From assembly GCA_047611865.1 (NCBI GenBank), contig JBLFWS010000049.1, positions 1-20,967 on the forward strand: a DNA stretch of 20,967 nucleotides. Reading direction: 5' to 3'. The translations under genes and the position numbers were made by a program. The DNA is from Chlamydiales bacterium (lineage in GTDB: Bacteria > Chlamydiota > Chlamydiia > Chlamydiales > JBDQID01). Below the pieces are notes generated by a model. It ran no database searches, was not told the origin of the DNA, and saw only the letters and a list, made by a program, of their open reading frames with translations. The stretch's first letter is position 1. Every line of letters starts with the position of its first letter. Below, piece after piece: positions 9,338-18,242 of this stretch.

Positions 9338-9383
9338 GATACTCTAGCACTGTCAGCTAAATATACTAATATGAGCTAGGAAA

Positions 9384-11825
9384 ATGACTACAGTAAAGCC
9401 CCCTGTTAAAAAGAAAGTTCTATTAATCGATGACGATGCAGACTTCTGCAAGTACGTTCAGCACACCGCTGTCTCCTTCCAAAATATAAGCTTGGAAGTC
9501 ACCGGGACTGTCGAAGAAGCGAAAAACGTAGCCGCTAAATCAGCCTTCGATGCCTACATCGTAGATGGTTATTTGCCGGATGGTTCGGGTCTCGATCTCC
9601 TTCAATGGCTTGATGGTAAAGCTGGAGGCAAACAAAAATTTGTCGCTTTTGTTTCATCGGGTTTTCAAGATGCAAAGAGCTTTCGAGAACTGAAAGAAAC
9701 TCTAGGAGTCAACTTACTCCTTAATAAACCTATCGCTGCAAAAGACCTCGAGTACCTCTTCTCTCAAATAATCGACGAAAAAAGAGGACTGGTGGAAGAT
9801 GCTATCCTTGACAAGTTACAAAAAGAGTACGAACGAAACATCTTTGATAAAGTCGAAATGTTGGAAGAACTTACAAAAACCGTTAGCGAAGACCCAAATC
9901 CAGAAAATCTGGAAAAACTTAAATACGAGCTACATAAAATTGCAGGTAGTGCCGGGAGCTTTGGTTATAATAAAGCTACTGAAGTCTGCAGAAACCTGGA
10001 ACTGGAAATCATCGACAGACTTAAAGGGGATATCCCCATAAGTAAAAGCTGGGCCAAGAACCTCACCGAAGGTTTCATGAACTCTTACAAGAAAGCCTTC
10101 CAGAAGGCCGAGGTAATTGGAACGAATATCCTACATCATGAGGGAATTAAGGCCGTTAAAAATGATAAACAACCCGACCTCTTTCTTATTGACACTGCCG
10201 TCCCTCTCCTCCAGAACATGAAAGATGAAGGCGATAAGCGAGGCATTCAAGTCATCGTAGAAGATGACCCACAATTCGCGAGTATCTGGTTAAAAGATGA
10301 AACTTTTTCACCAAGGCTGCTGATTGTAAACTATAACTATCCTGGCCATGATCTAAAAGGCTTTGACCTAATTGCCACTTTTAACAAATCACGTAAAGAA
10401 CATTCCACCACCTTAGCTATGATATGTAACAAATCTAACGTTGAAGAACGTCTTGCCGCAATGGAGCTGGGAATAGATCAATTTATAGAAATGCCCCTCA
10501 CTGTCGATAAGGTAATGGACGTTTGTGAATTAATATTAGAACCAAGCAAAGAAGAAAAGCTTCGTGTTCTAATCTTAGAAGACGACAAAGGCATGGCCTC
10601 CCTTATCAAGCACCTAATAGTTAAAATGGGCTATCAAGCCAGTGTTGTCAATGATACGAAGGATCTGTTCAACGCCATCAATGAATACTGCCCAGACCTC
10701 CTTATCATGGATGTTCATTCAGGAAATAGCAAAAGCCTGGACATCCTGAAAATGATACGAGGAAACTTCAAAAGCAAAACCCTCCCTATAATGATAATTG
10801 CAGACCCAGCAAAAGAAAATACCATTGTATCAGCATATGCCCTGGGCCTTGAAGGCTACATTGCCAAGCCTATATCTATGAGAATACTCCAGGCCAAAGT
10901 TGGCAACTTCGCCAAAAAACAATCTATGATCGAACATGTCCGCCACCGCGACCCCCTTACCGGCTTAGTAGGAAAGAGTGCTTTCTCTTCTATGTTCCGT
11001 TCCATTAGCTCTGCCACGAAAGAAAATCCGACTCCCCTTACCTTTGCTATTCTACAACTAGAAAATTTTCAAGAGCTTTACGATAGCGAAGGCTTTAGCT
11101 TTTTCAGTAGAGTTCTCATGAGAATAAGCGCTCAACTCAATCAAGTTTTCCGAAAAAAAGATCTCATCGCTAAATGGGACGAAGCAGAATTTGCAGTTCT
11201 CCTGGAAAATACTGATGTTACCCACGCTCAATTTTTGATTGGACAAGTTATGGATTCTATCCAACAGATGATCCTCGAAGATGAAAAGCTCATCTACAGG
11301 ATGTCTTTTCAAGGGGGCTTTGCTGTCTATCCAGATCATGGTTCAAACATCACCACTCTCGAAGAAGCTGCCAGAAAAGCCCTCGATGTAGCAAGAGCTG
11401 AAGGTAGTGGCCGCGTCGTTCCCTATTTTTTGAAAAAAGCAAGAAGGCCAAAAATTCTCATTTTGGAAAATGACGAAATTTATCTAGGCAAACTGATCAT
11501 GGCTTTTGAGACCCGTGGTTTTATTGTTAAAGGCTATACTGACATCGGCTCTATTGTAGCTGATTTCAAAGCCAACAAATGGACCATCCTCCCCTCCTTG
11601 GTCATCTCTGATCAGGATGTGGAGGAAAAAGGTGCTGCCGCTCTTATGGAACAGCTACCTGAAGAGCTCGCGGGGAAAGTACCCATCATACTTTTGACAG
11701 AAAAGCCCGTCAAAGAAGAGCTCGTTAAAGCCTTTAAATCAGGATGTACCGATTTCCTAAAAAAGCCTTTTCCCATAAAGAACCTTTTGGATAGAAGCTC
11801 CACTATCTTGTCGAAGAAAAATTAA
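9384..11825 (+). CDS. multidomain response regulator REC-HPt-REC(degenerate)-REC-GGDEF(degenerate)-REC
   Basis: REC1 LIDDD..IVDGYLPDGSG..NKP; HPt LHKIAGSAGSFG; REC2 has N in place of the phospho-Asp; REC3 ILEDD..IMD..AKP; RDPLTGL then RKKD I-site and WDEAEF in place of GGDEF; REC4 LEND..ISD..KKP. Confidence 0.88.
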   Translation: MTTVKPPVKKKVLLIDDDADFCKYVQHTAVSFQNISLEVTGTVEEAKNVAAKSAFDAYIVDGYLPDGSGLDLLQWLDGKAGGKQKFVAFVSSGFQDAKSFRELKETLGVNLLLNKPIAAKDLEYLFSQIIDEKRGLVEDAILDKLQKEYERNIFDKVEMLEELTKTVSEDPNPENLEKLKYELHKIAGSAGSFGYNKATEVCRNLELEIIDRLKGDIPISKSWAKNLTEGFMNSYKKAFQKAEVIGTNILHHEGIKAVKNDKQPDLFLIDTAVPLLQNMKDEGDKRGIQVIVEDDPQFASIWLKDETFSPRLLIVNYNYPGHDLKGFDLIATFNKSRKEHSTTLAMICNKSNVEERLAAMELGIDQFIEMPLTVDKVMDVCELILEPSKEEKLRVLILEDDKGMASLIKHLIVKMGYQASVVNDTKDLFNAINEYCPDLLIMDVHSGNSKSLDILKMIRGNFKSKTLPIMIIADPAKENTIVSAYALGLEGYIAKPISMRILQAKVGNFAKKQSMIEHVRHRDPLTGLVGKSAFSSMFRSISSATKENPTPLTFAILQLENFQELYDSEGFSFFSRVLMRISAQLNQVFRKKDLIAKWDEAEFAVLLENTDVTHAQFLIGQVMDSIQQMILEDEKLIYRMSFQGGFAVYPDHGSNITTLEEAARKALDVARAEGSGRVVPYFLKKARRPKILILENDEIYLGKLIMAFETRGFIVKGYTDIGSIVADFKANKWTILPSLVISDQDVEEKGAAALMEQLPEELAGKVPIILLTEKPVKEELVKAFKSGCTDFLKKPFPIKNLLDRSSTILSKKN

Positions 11826-11844
11826 TTCTAACCCCAAGGCCACC

Positions 11845-13251
11845 ATGTCATTATCAATAGCTCTGGATCTGGGTACCAGCAAAATAAAAGCTGCCACTCT
11901 CTCTCATGATGGCTCTTTACAAAATTTACAAGAAGTGGACTCCCCCCCTCCCTACATCAACGGTCTGATTTGCGAATACGATCCCAAAGAATACCTGCGA
12001 CTAAGTACAGAACTACTCAAAGAAATCATAAAGGACAATCCCGGCAAAAAAAATTTAGGTATTAGCTCACAACGCTCGTCCTTTCTTTTGTGGAACAGAA
12101 AGTCGGGAGAGCCGATTACTCCTTTGATATCCTGGCAAGACCGACGAGCAAAAGACTGGTGTGAACGACACGCCTCTTTAAATGAAGCTATATACAAAAG
12201 AACAGGCCTGCCCTTGTCTCCCCATTACGCAGGCCCCAAGCTCGCGTCAATGACGGAAAAAGATGCAAACCTGCGGAACTATATTGATTCTGGCCTCTGT
12301 CTTTTCGGGAATCTTGAGACCTATCTTATATGGAACTGGAGCAAAAAACAATGTCACCACACTGACATTAGCATGGCTGCAAGAACTCTCTTAGCTGACC
12401 CTGAAAAATCAGAATGGGATAGTGAAGTTTTGCTCACTTCAGGAATACCAAAATCTATTTTCCCCTCCATCAATAGCTCTTCAGGACATGACATCCCCCT
12501 TATTAATAACATTTTCCTAAAAGCCACTGTATCCGATCAAGCCTCAGGAACATTAGCAACACTGGGTGAACAAGGTGAGGGCACTCTGATAAATATTGGA
12601 ACAGGTGCCTTTGTTCTAAAACCCACTGGGAAAGAGTTTCGAAAAGTCCCTGGGTATTTGTCAGGCCCCTTGTATGAAAACAAAGAAAAACAACGATTCT
12701 ATTCAATAGAGGGTACTGTTAATGGTGGGGGTGCTGTGGCTGATCGCTTTGGATCCATTTCTGCACTCATCCCCTCTTCTGACCCGACTCCTAAATCATT
12801 TTGCATTCCCGACTTAATGGGCCTTGGCTCCCCTCACTGGAAACCTGAGATAACACTAATATTTTCGGAAGATGCCAAAAAACTTCCCCCCGAACAAAAG
12901 CGAAGAATCATTCTCGAAGGAATCATCTTCCGCATCCGAGAAATCCTTGAAGGCATGGAAAAAGAATGCCCTTCTGGGCCTATTTACCTATCAGGTGGCT
13001 TAAGTAAAGAAATCTTTGTCTCCAAAGGCTTAGCTTCGTGTTTACAGAAAGAAATCAAGCTCCTGAGTAATACTGAAAGCTCACTCATGGGTGCCGCAAG
13101 GCTCGCAGCTGGATTAAAGCCTTTTGCAGTACAAAAAAAGAAAATCCTTTTGCCGGACGAATCTTGTAAATATCTACACGGAAAATACGAACAATGGAAA
13201 GAGTGGATGGATACGGCTTTGTTGCGCAATTCATCACCACGGAGCCACTGA
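11845..13251 (+). CDS. FGGY-family carbohydrate kinase (glycerol kinase-like, divergent)
   Basis: ALDLGTSKIKA, GISSQRSS, ISWQDRR, TDISMAART, SDQ, NIGTGAF, GLGSPHW, LSGGLS motifs. Confidence 0.88.
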   Translation: MSLSIALDLGTSKIKAATLSHDGSLQNLQEVDSPPPYINGLICEYDPKEYLRLSTELLKEIIKDNPGKKNLGISSQRSSFLLWNRKSGEPITPLISWQDRRAKDWCERHASLNEAIYKRTGLPLSPHYAGPKLASMTEKDANLRNYIDSGLCLFGNLETYLIWNWSKKQCHHTDISMAARTLLADPEKSEWDSEVLLTSGIPKSIFPSINSSSGHDIPLINNIFLKATVSDQASGTLATLGEQGEGTLINIGTGAFVLKPTGKEFRKVPGYLSGPLYENKEKQRFYSIEGTVNGGGAVADRFGSISALIPSSDPTPKSFCIPDLMGLGSPHWKPEITLIFSEDAKKLPPEQKRRIILEGIIFRIREILEGMEKECPSGPIYLSGGLSKEIFVSKGLASCLQKEIKLLSNTESSLMGAARLAAGLKPFAVQKKKILLPDESCKYLHGKYEQWKEWMDTALLRNSSPRSH

Positions 13252-13263
13252 GATCAGTGAGAA
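13236..13263 (+). repeat. left arm of 28-bp inverted repeat bounding the GxxExxY remnant
   Basis: ACCACGGAGCCACTGAGATCAGTGAGAA; 26/28 match to the reverse complement of 14677-14704; overlaps the kinase stop codon. Confidence 0.85.
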
Positions 13264-13288
13264 GGGTATGAGATAGTGAGATGCTAGA

Positions 13289-13395
13289 TATCGTTTGATT
13301 GGGTCGTTGAGGATCAGGTGATTGTTGAAATCAAAGCTGTTTCGGAGCTTTTACCAGTTCATGAAGCAGATCTCCTATCCTATCTAAAACAGATA
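13289..13395 (+). pseudogene. GxxExxY (PD-(D/E)xK nuclease-like) protein remnant, piece upstream of IS630
   Basis: YR-(frameshift)[33 protein letters not shown] fits the family pattern YRxD.lVe..vIvElKav..l.pvHeaQll.YLk; the N-terminal half is missing. Confidence 0.8.
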
Positions 13396-14576
13396 TACTC
13401 TACGCGGTCATGGTTTGTGATTTTTTAAATCTTTGAAAATCCCACGTCATAAGGGATCTCAATTCTTCTTTGTAGACATCTTCAAAACCCTCTATGCAAC
13501 CCATGATCCCATCACTGAAGGCCGAGAAGTTGGGGTAGACCTTGCAATATAAAGCTTTCTTTTTTACGAATTTCCATGCTCTTTCTATCAGGTTTAGGTT
13601 TGGTGAGTACGTTGGCAGGTATAGGAGCTCTATGTTTGCCATTGTTGCTGCGCACTTGACCAAATAGCATTTCTGATAAGGAGCATTATCAAGAACTACC
13701 GTTATTGGTTCAAGAGGGTGAGCACAGCGAAGCTGACGTAGTAGGTTAACCACAGACCAGGAGTTGATATAGCCTGTGTTTGTCAGGGTAATCATCTTGT
13801 GGGTAACCGCATTTAAGGCACCCAAAACATTAAATCGCTGTCTTCCACTTGGAGTTGGAATGAATTGGCGCATGAAACACCAGGTTACCGAAAGAAAGGC
13901 TCCAAACACAAAGTGAGCAGCATCGATAAAGTATACTTGTCGTTTCCCTTTAGCAGCCTCCTCTAAACGAGGCTTGAGCTTTTTTTTTGAACTGCTCCTG
14001 AGGGTTTGCTTTTGCGGGAATACCGCCAGCCTTTCGTGGCTTCATACCAATTTTATGAAGAAATCTTCTCACTTGAGTCTCCTTACGCTCGATTCCTGTA
14101 AGGGCCTTGATATTAGCACAGGATTCTTTGACAGTTGACGGAGGATTCTTTCGGAAATATTCCTCTATCGTTTCGCGTTGAATATTTAATTCACTCGTTG
14201 GAGAGTAGCGTTGAATTCTAGAAACGGCTGCTAGCCCACCACTTTGATATTGCTTGAAGATTCCCGTAAGAGCTGTTGATCCAATACCGACCAACCGACA
14301 GATCTCTTTATGTGGATATCCCAGACCTTTTGTATACAGGGCATTTAGGCGTTTTTGAATAGTCGGATCAGGATGTTCGTAGCGGCCATTATTTAGCTCC
14401 GTCATCTCTTCTTCACTCAGCTTCAGTTGGATCATTTCAGTACTCCGATGTCGATTAAATGAAGTTGAAGAGAAGGCTATTTACATTTTGAAATTGTCAA
14501 TAAATTTTCAAGTTAACGGGTTCGGCTTGTGATTAAAATGAGGAATAAAAATCACGCTATGTTACCGCTTGAAGTA
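13396..14576 (-). mobile_element. IS630-family insertion sequence
   Basis: TA duplications at 13394-95 and 14577-78; imperfect TIRs TACTCTACGCGGTCATGGTTTGTGATTTTT / TACTTCAAGCGGTAACATAGCGTGATTTTT. Confidence 0.9.
13400..14435 (-). CDS. IS630 transposase in two frames (HTH part 13950-14435; DDE part ending 13400) joined at an A9 run
   Basis: [27 protein letters not shown] triad motifs; frame change at T9 13980-13988 (plus strand). Confidence 0.88.
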
Positions 14577-14652
14577 TAGGTAAGGTAGAGGCTTGTTGAT
14601 AAATTTTAACGTAATATTGTTAAAGCATGTACTTCGACGGCTAATCGTATAA
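14577..14652 (+). pseudogene. GxxExxY remnant, C-terminal piece
   Basis: GK-(frameshift)-RGLLINFNVILLKHVLRRLIV* fits the family C-terminus GLLINFnv..lk.g..R; joins the upstream piece once the IS630 is removed. Confidence 0.8.
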
Positions 14653-14676
14653 TATGTTCTTCAATTTTCTCATTCT

Positions 14677-14704
14677 TTCTCACTAATCTCAGTGGCTCAG
14701 TGGT
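14677..14704 (-). repeat. right arm of 28-bp inverted repeat bounding the GxxExxY remnant
   Basis: TTCTCACTAATCTCAGTGGCTCAGTGGT, built from CTCAGTGG-like subunits. Confidence 0.85.
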
Positions 14705-14821
14705 TATTTATGCAACAACGCCGATGGATACTGTAAGCTGAATATTTTTCATTGTTTTTTTTACGCTTATGCTTTTCACTAGTTCTCAAACATAACATTT
14801 TGAGGACAAACCGGAGTAAGT

Positions 14822-16987
14822 ATGAGCATCAACACAAAAACAGAATCACTGAAAAGACTCTCATTAAAGCCCATCAACACTAGTGCTACTTCGAAATATG
14901 AAATTCTGGAGTACTTTCAAAATACCTGGAATCTCTATGAAACTCTTTTCAGTTCAATAAAAGACGATGATAGCTATTACCTCATACCTGACCCCTTACG
15001 TAGACCCCTGTTATTTTACTACGGTCATGCTGCTGTATTTTATATTAACAAACTGCTTCTGGGGAAAACCCTTAGTGAAAGAATCAACCCTCACTTCGAA
15101 TCGCTTTTTGAAACAGGTGTAGATGAGATGTCCTGGGATGACATGAACAATGATCAAATCGACTGGCCAACTGTCATGGAAGTCCGCGCATACAGAAAAC
15201 AAGTATACGAAAAAATTTGCGAAACCATTAAGTCGATTCATTTTGACCTGCCTATTGACGACAAAAGCCCAATTTGGGCCCTCCTCATGTGTGTCGAACA
15301 CGACCGCATTCACCTGGAAACCTCTTCTGTCTTAATCCGTCAACTTCCAGTAAACCTTGTAGAAAGGCCACCTGAATGGAAATATGCCCCAAAAAATCCT
15401 ACTCTCATCCAAAATGAACTTATTCAAGTACCTTCCGGGTCCGTTTCTTTGGGGAAACCAAAAGACTTTCCCTCCTATGGCTGGGATAACGAATATGGAC
15501 ATAAGCAAGTCCATGTACCAGCCTTTCAGGCCAGCAAATTCTTGATTACCAATGGCGAATTCTTAAGGTTCGTACAGGACAACGCCTATAACAAAAAGGA
15601 GTACTGGACAAATGAAGGGTGGCAATGGAAAGAATACAACAAAGCCCAACACCCTCGCTTTTGGATTCCCGATGCTACCGACATAAACAAAAAAAGAAAG
15701 GGTTCTATCTACCTCTATCGTGCGACATTTGACCTTATTGAAATGCCTTTAAGCTGGCCTGTCGATGTTAATTACTATGAAGCAAAAGCTTATTGTAAAT
15801 GGAAGGGAAGCGCCTACCGAGTGATCACGGAGGCTGAGTGGCATCGGATCCGCAGTCACGACTCTGAATCCCCAAAACCTCTCAACGATATCATCTTTAA
15901 GGACGACCCCAATAGTAATCTGAACCTGTGCTACGCCTCTGCATCCCCTGTAGATCTTTTCGAGCCAAGCGAAGCGGGATTTTACGACGTCCATGGAAAT
16001 GTCTGGGAATGGACTGAGGATCATTTCGACGGCTTTCCTGGATTCAAAACACACCCCTTATATCAGGATTTCTCTATTCCCTGTTTCGATGAGAAACACA
16101 ACATCATCATGGGAGGATCATGGATATCCACTGGAGATGAAGCCTCTGTGTATGCTCGGTATGCCTTTCGGAGGCATTTTTTCCAGAACTTGGGATTTCG
16201 AATCGTAAAGGCTATGAATTCGAAATCTTCGGATGTATACGAGACAAGTAACATGCTCTCTGAATATCTTCTCATGCATTATGGTAAAGCAGAAGATATA
16301 CTCCCCTACAAGAATGCCCCCCATGACGCATTACATTTCCCTGAAAGATGCGTTGAAGCTTGCATCAGAGCCTCCTCAAGAAAGTCTTTTGATAGAGCTC
16401 TCGATATTGGCTGTGCAGTTGGGAGAGCATCTCTTGAAATGACTCGCTACAGCAATGAAGTCATTGGTCTTGATTTTTCCCAAAGTTTTATCGATGCCGC
16501 AAAACAAGTACAAAAAGGTGATCTCACCTTTGCAGCAAAAACTGAGGGTCTACTCACAAAAGAATACAGAACTTTTGTCCCCAATGACATCGATAGAAAT
16601 GCTGTAAGTTTTCAGGTAGCTGACGCTTGTAATCTCCCCAAAGAATTAGGCTCTTTTGATCTTGTTCTTGTAGCAAACCTATTATGCCGCTTGAGAAATC
16701 CCCGTAAATTTTTAGAAGGTCTATCCCAATTAGTACGCCCTGATGGGATCGTCTTGATTACGACCCCTTGCAGTTGGTTCGATACCTTCACTCCACAAGA
16801 ACAATGGCTAGGCGGAAGAATAGAAGATGGTGTAGAGCAAAATACTTTGGAAAATCTAAATCATATTCTTAAGAGTGATTTCGATCTTCTGGAAAGCAGT
16901 GACATACCATTTATTATCAGAGAACATATCCGAAAATACCAGTGGGTAACGGCTCAAGCCTCAGTATGGAGACGTAATGGAAATTAA
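14822..16987 (+). CDS. ovoA: 5-histidylcysteine sulfoxide synthase / mercaptohistidine N-methyltransferase (ovothiol biosynthesis)
   Basis: DinB-like N-terminus LRRPLLFYYGHAAVFYINKL and FETGVDEMSWDD; iron motif EHDRIHLETSSVLIRQLP (H-x3-H-x-E); FGE-sulfatase domain (YGWDNEYG, GNVWEW, HPLYQDFS, RYAFRRHFFQ); C-terminal SAM methyltransferase (SEYLLMHYG, LDIGCAVGR); GGAG RBS. Confidence 0.95.
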   Translation: MSINTKTESLKRLSLKPINTSATSKYEILEYFQNTWNLYETLFSSIKDDDSYYLIPDPLRRPLLFYYGHAAVFYINKLLLGKTLSERINPHFESLFETGVDEMSWDDMNNDQIDWPTVMEVRAYRKQVYEKICETIKSIHFDLPIDDKSPIWALLMCVEHDRIHLETSSVLIRQLPVNLVERPPEWKYAPKNPTLIQNELIQVPSGSVSLGKPKDFPSYGWDNEYGHKQVHVPAFQASKFLITNGEFLRFVQDNAYNKKEYWTNEGWQWKEYNKAQHPRFWIPDATDINKKRKGSIYLYRATFDLIEMPLSWPVDVNYYEAKAYCKWKGSAYRVITEAEWHRIRSHDSESPKPLNDIIFKDDPNSNLNLCYASASPVDLFEPSEAGFYDVHGNVWEWTEDHFDGFPGFKTHPLYQDFSIPCFDEKHNIIMGGSWISTGDEASVYARYAFRRHFFQNLGFRIVKAMNSKSSDVYETSNMLSEYLLMHYGKAEDILPYKNAPHDALHFPERCVEACIRASSRKSFDRALDIGCAVGRASLEMTRYSNEVIGLDFSQSFIDAAKQVQKGDLTFAAKTEGLLTKEYRTFVPNDIDRNAVSFQVADACNLPKELGSFDLVLVANLLCRLRNPRKFLEGLSQLVRPDGIVLITTPCSWFDTFTPQEQWLGGRIEDGVEQNTLENLNHILKSDFDLLESSDIPFIIREHIRKYQWVTAQASVWRRNGN

Positions 16988-18176
16988 TATAGACAGCGTG
17001 CGGCAAGAGACACCTGGTTGCCTAAACGTTCTTCACTTTAACAACGCTGGAGCAAGCCTTGCTCCCTCCCTTGTTCTAAATGCAGTGAAAAACTACCTGG
17101 ATTTAGAAGCTGAGTTTGGTGCCTATGAAGTCGAGGAAAGGGAAAAAATAGCTCTGGACAATGTGTACAGTTCAGCGGCAACCCTTCTTGGTTGCCACCC
17201 AGATGAAATCGCTATTACAGAAAATGCGTCTCGGGCGTGGAGCTTCGCATTCAGCTCTATCCCCTTTCAGTCAGGGGATAAAATTCTCACATCCCTTTCT
17301 GAATACTCTAGTAATTATATGATGATGCTCCACTTTGCCAAAAAAACGGGAGTAAAAATAGAAATCATCCCAAATGATCTCAACGGAGAAATATGTCTTT
17401 CTTCTCTGAGGGATTCTATAGATGATCAAGTGAAGTTGATTTCTCTCACTCATATCCCCACGAATAATGGCTTAATCAATCCGGCAGAAGCGGTTGGTAA
17501 AATCGCCAAAAAGAACAATATCCTATTTCTTTTAGATGCTACTCAATCCATAGGGCAAATCCCTTTGGATGTAAAAAATCTTCGTTGCGACATCTTATGT
17601 GGAACAGGAAGAAAATTTCTCCGTGGTCCAAGAGGTACAGGCTTACTCTACGTCCGTAAAGAGCTCATCCCCAAGTTAGAGCCTTTATTTCCTGACCTTC
17701 GCTCTGCAAACTGGTTGGAAAGAGATGAGTTTTCTTTCCGTCATGACGCTAAATGTTTTGAAAGCTGGGAATGTAACTTTGCTAGTAAAATTGGATTAGG
17801 AGTGGCTATAGACTACGCCTTAAGCCTCGGAATTGAAAATATTGAAAGCAGGATTATCTCTCTGGCAAATAATTTACGTAAAAATTTGAAGGATATTCCT
17901 AGAGTCACTGTCCATGATTTTGGAAAAAGAAAATGCGGTATAATTACCTTTTCTATTAATGATCAAGATTCAAGCCTGATTCAACAAAGCCTTTTAAAAC
18001 AAAAGATTAACGTTAGTATTTCCTCTTTGGAATCCACTCGTCTAAACATGGCCCCACTGTCTCTCAACAAAATCCTCCGGGCATCTCTGCACTATTATAA
18101 CACAGAAGCTGAAATTGAAAAGTTTTGCAAAGCACTATCAAGCATTTCAAGATCCTTACAGCTTCAAAAAACTTGA
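16977..18176 (+). CDS. class V (fold type I) PLP enzyme, probable C-S lyase of the ovothiol pathway
   Basis: HFNNAGAS, LLDATQSIG, GTGRKFLRGPRGTG (PLP Lys), RASLHYYNT; lacks the SufS RxGHHCA Cys loop; overlaps ovoA by 11 nt. Confidence 0.85.
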   Translation: MEINIDSVRQETPGCLNVLHFNNAGASLAPSLVLNAVKNYLDLEAEFGAYEVEEREKIALDNVYSSAATLLGCHPDEIAITENASRAWSFAFSSIPFQSGDKILTSLSEYSSNYMMMLHFAKKTGVKIEIIPNDLNGEICLSSLRDSIDDQVKLISLTHIPTNNGLINPAEAVGKIAKKNNILFLLDATQSIGQIPLDVKNLRCDILCGTGRKFLRGPRGTGLLYVRKELIPKLEPLFPDLRSANWLERDEFSFRHDAKCFESWECNFASKIGLGVAIDYALSLGIENIESRIISLANNLRKNLKDIPRVTVHDFGKRKCGIITFSINDQDSSLIQQSLLKQKINVSISSLESTRLNMAPLSLNKILRASLHYYNTEAEIEKFCKALSSISRSLQLQKT

Positions 18177-18201
18177 CTAAAGCAATGAAATCCAAGATGC
18201 T
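18173..18201 (+). promoter_or_regulatory. possible sigma70-type promoter for the methyltransferase
   Basis: TTGACT - 17 nt - GATGCT (weak -10 box). Confidence 0.3.
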
Positions 18202-18242
18202 GTCCTCTTTGATATCTATTGCCATTTACGGAGGAGTAAGGA

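Noticed and set aside
10945..11420. Active diguanylate cyclase
   Set aside because: GG(D/E)EF is replaced by DEAEF, and the metal-binding Asp region reads LQLENF
5595..14576. Composite transposon formed by the two IS elements
   Set aside because: They belong to different families (IS4 and IS630), have unrelated ends and have separate insertion sites
14822..16987. EgtB (ergothioneine) or a selenium pathway enzyme (selenoneine/ovoselenol)
   Set aside because: OvoA-type motifs and a fused C-terminal methyltransferase are present; no egtD, selD or selenosugar synthase genes in the window
16977..18176. SufS/IscS cysteine desulfurase
   Set aside because: Catalytic Cys loop absent and no suf/isc neighbours
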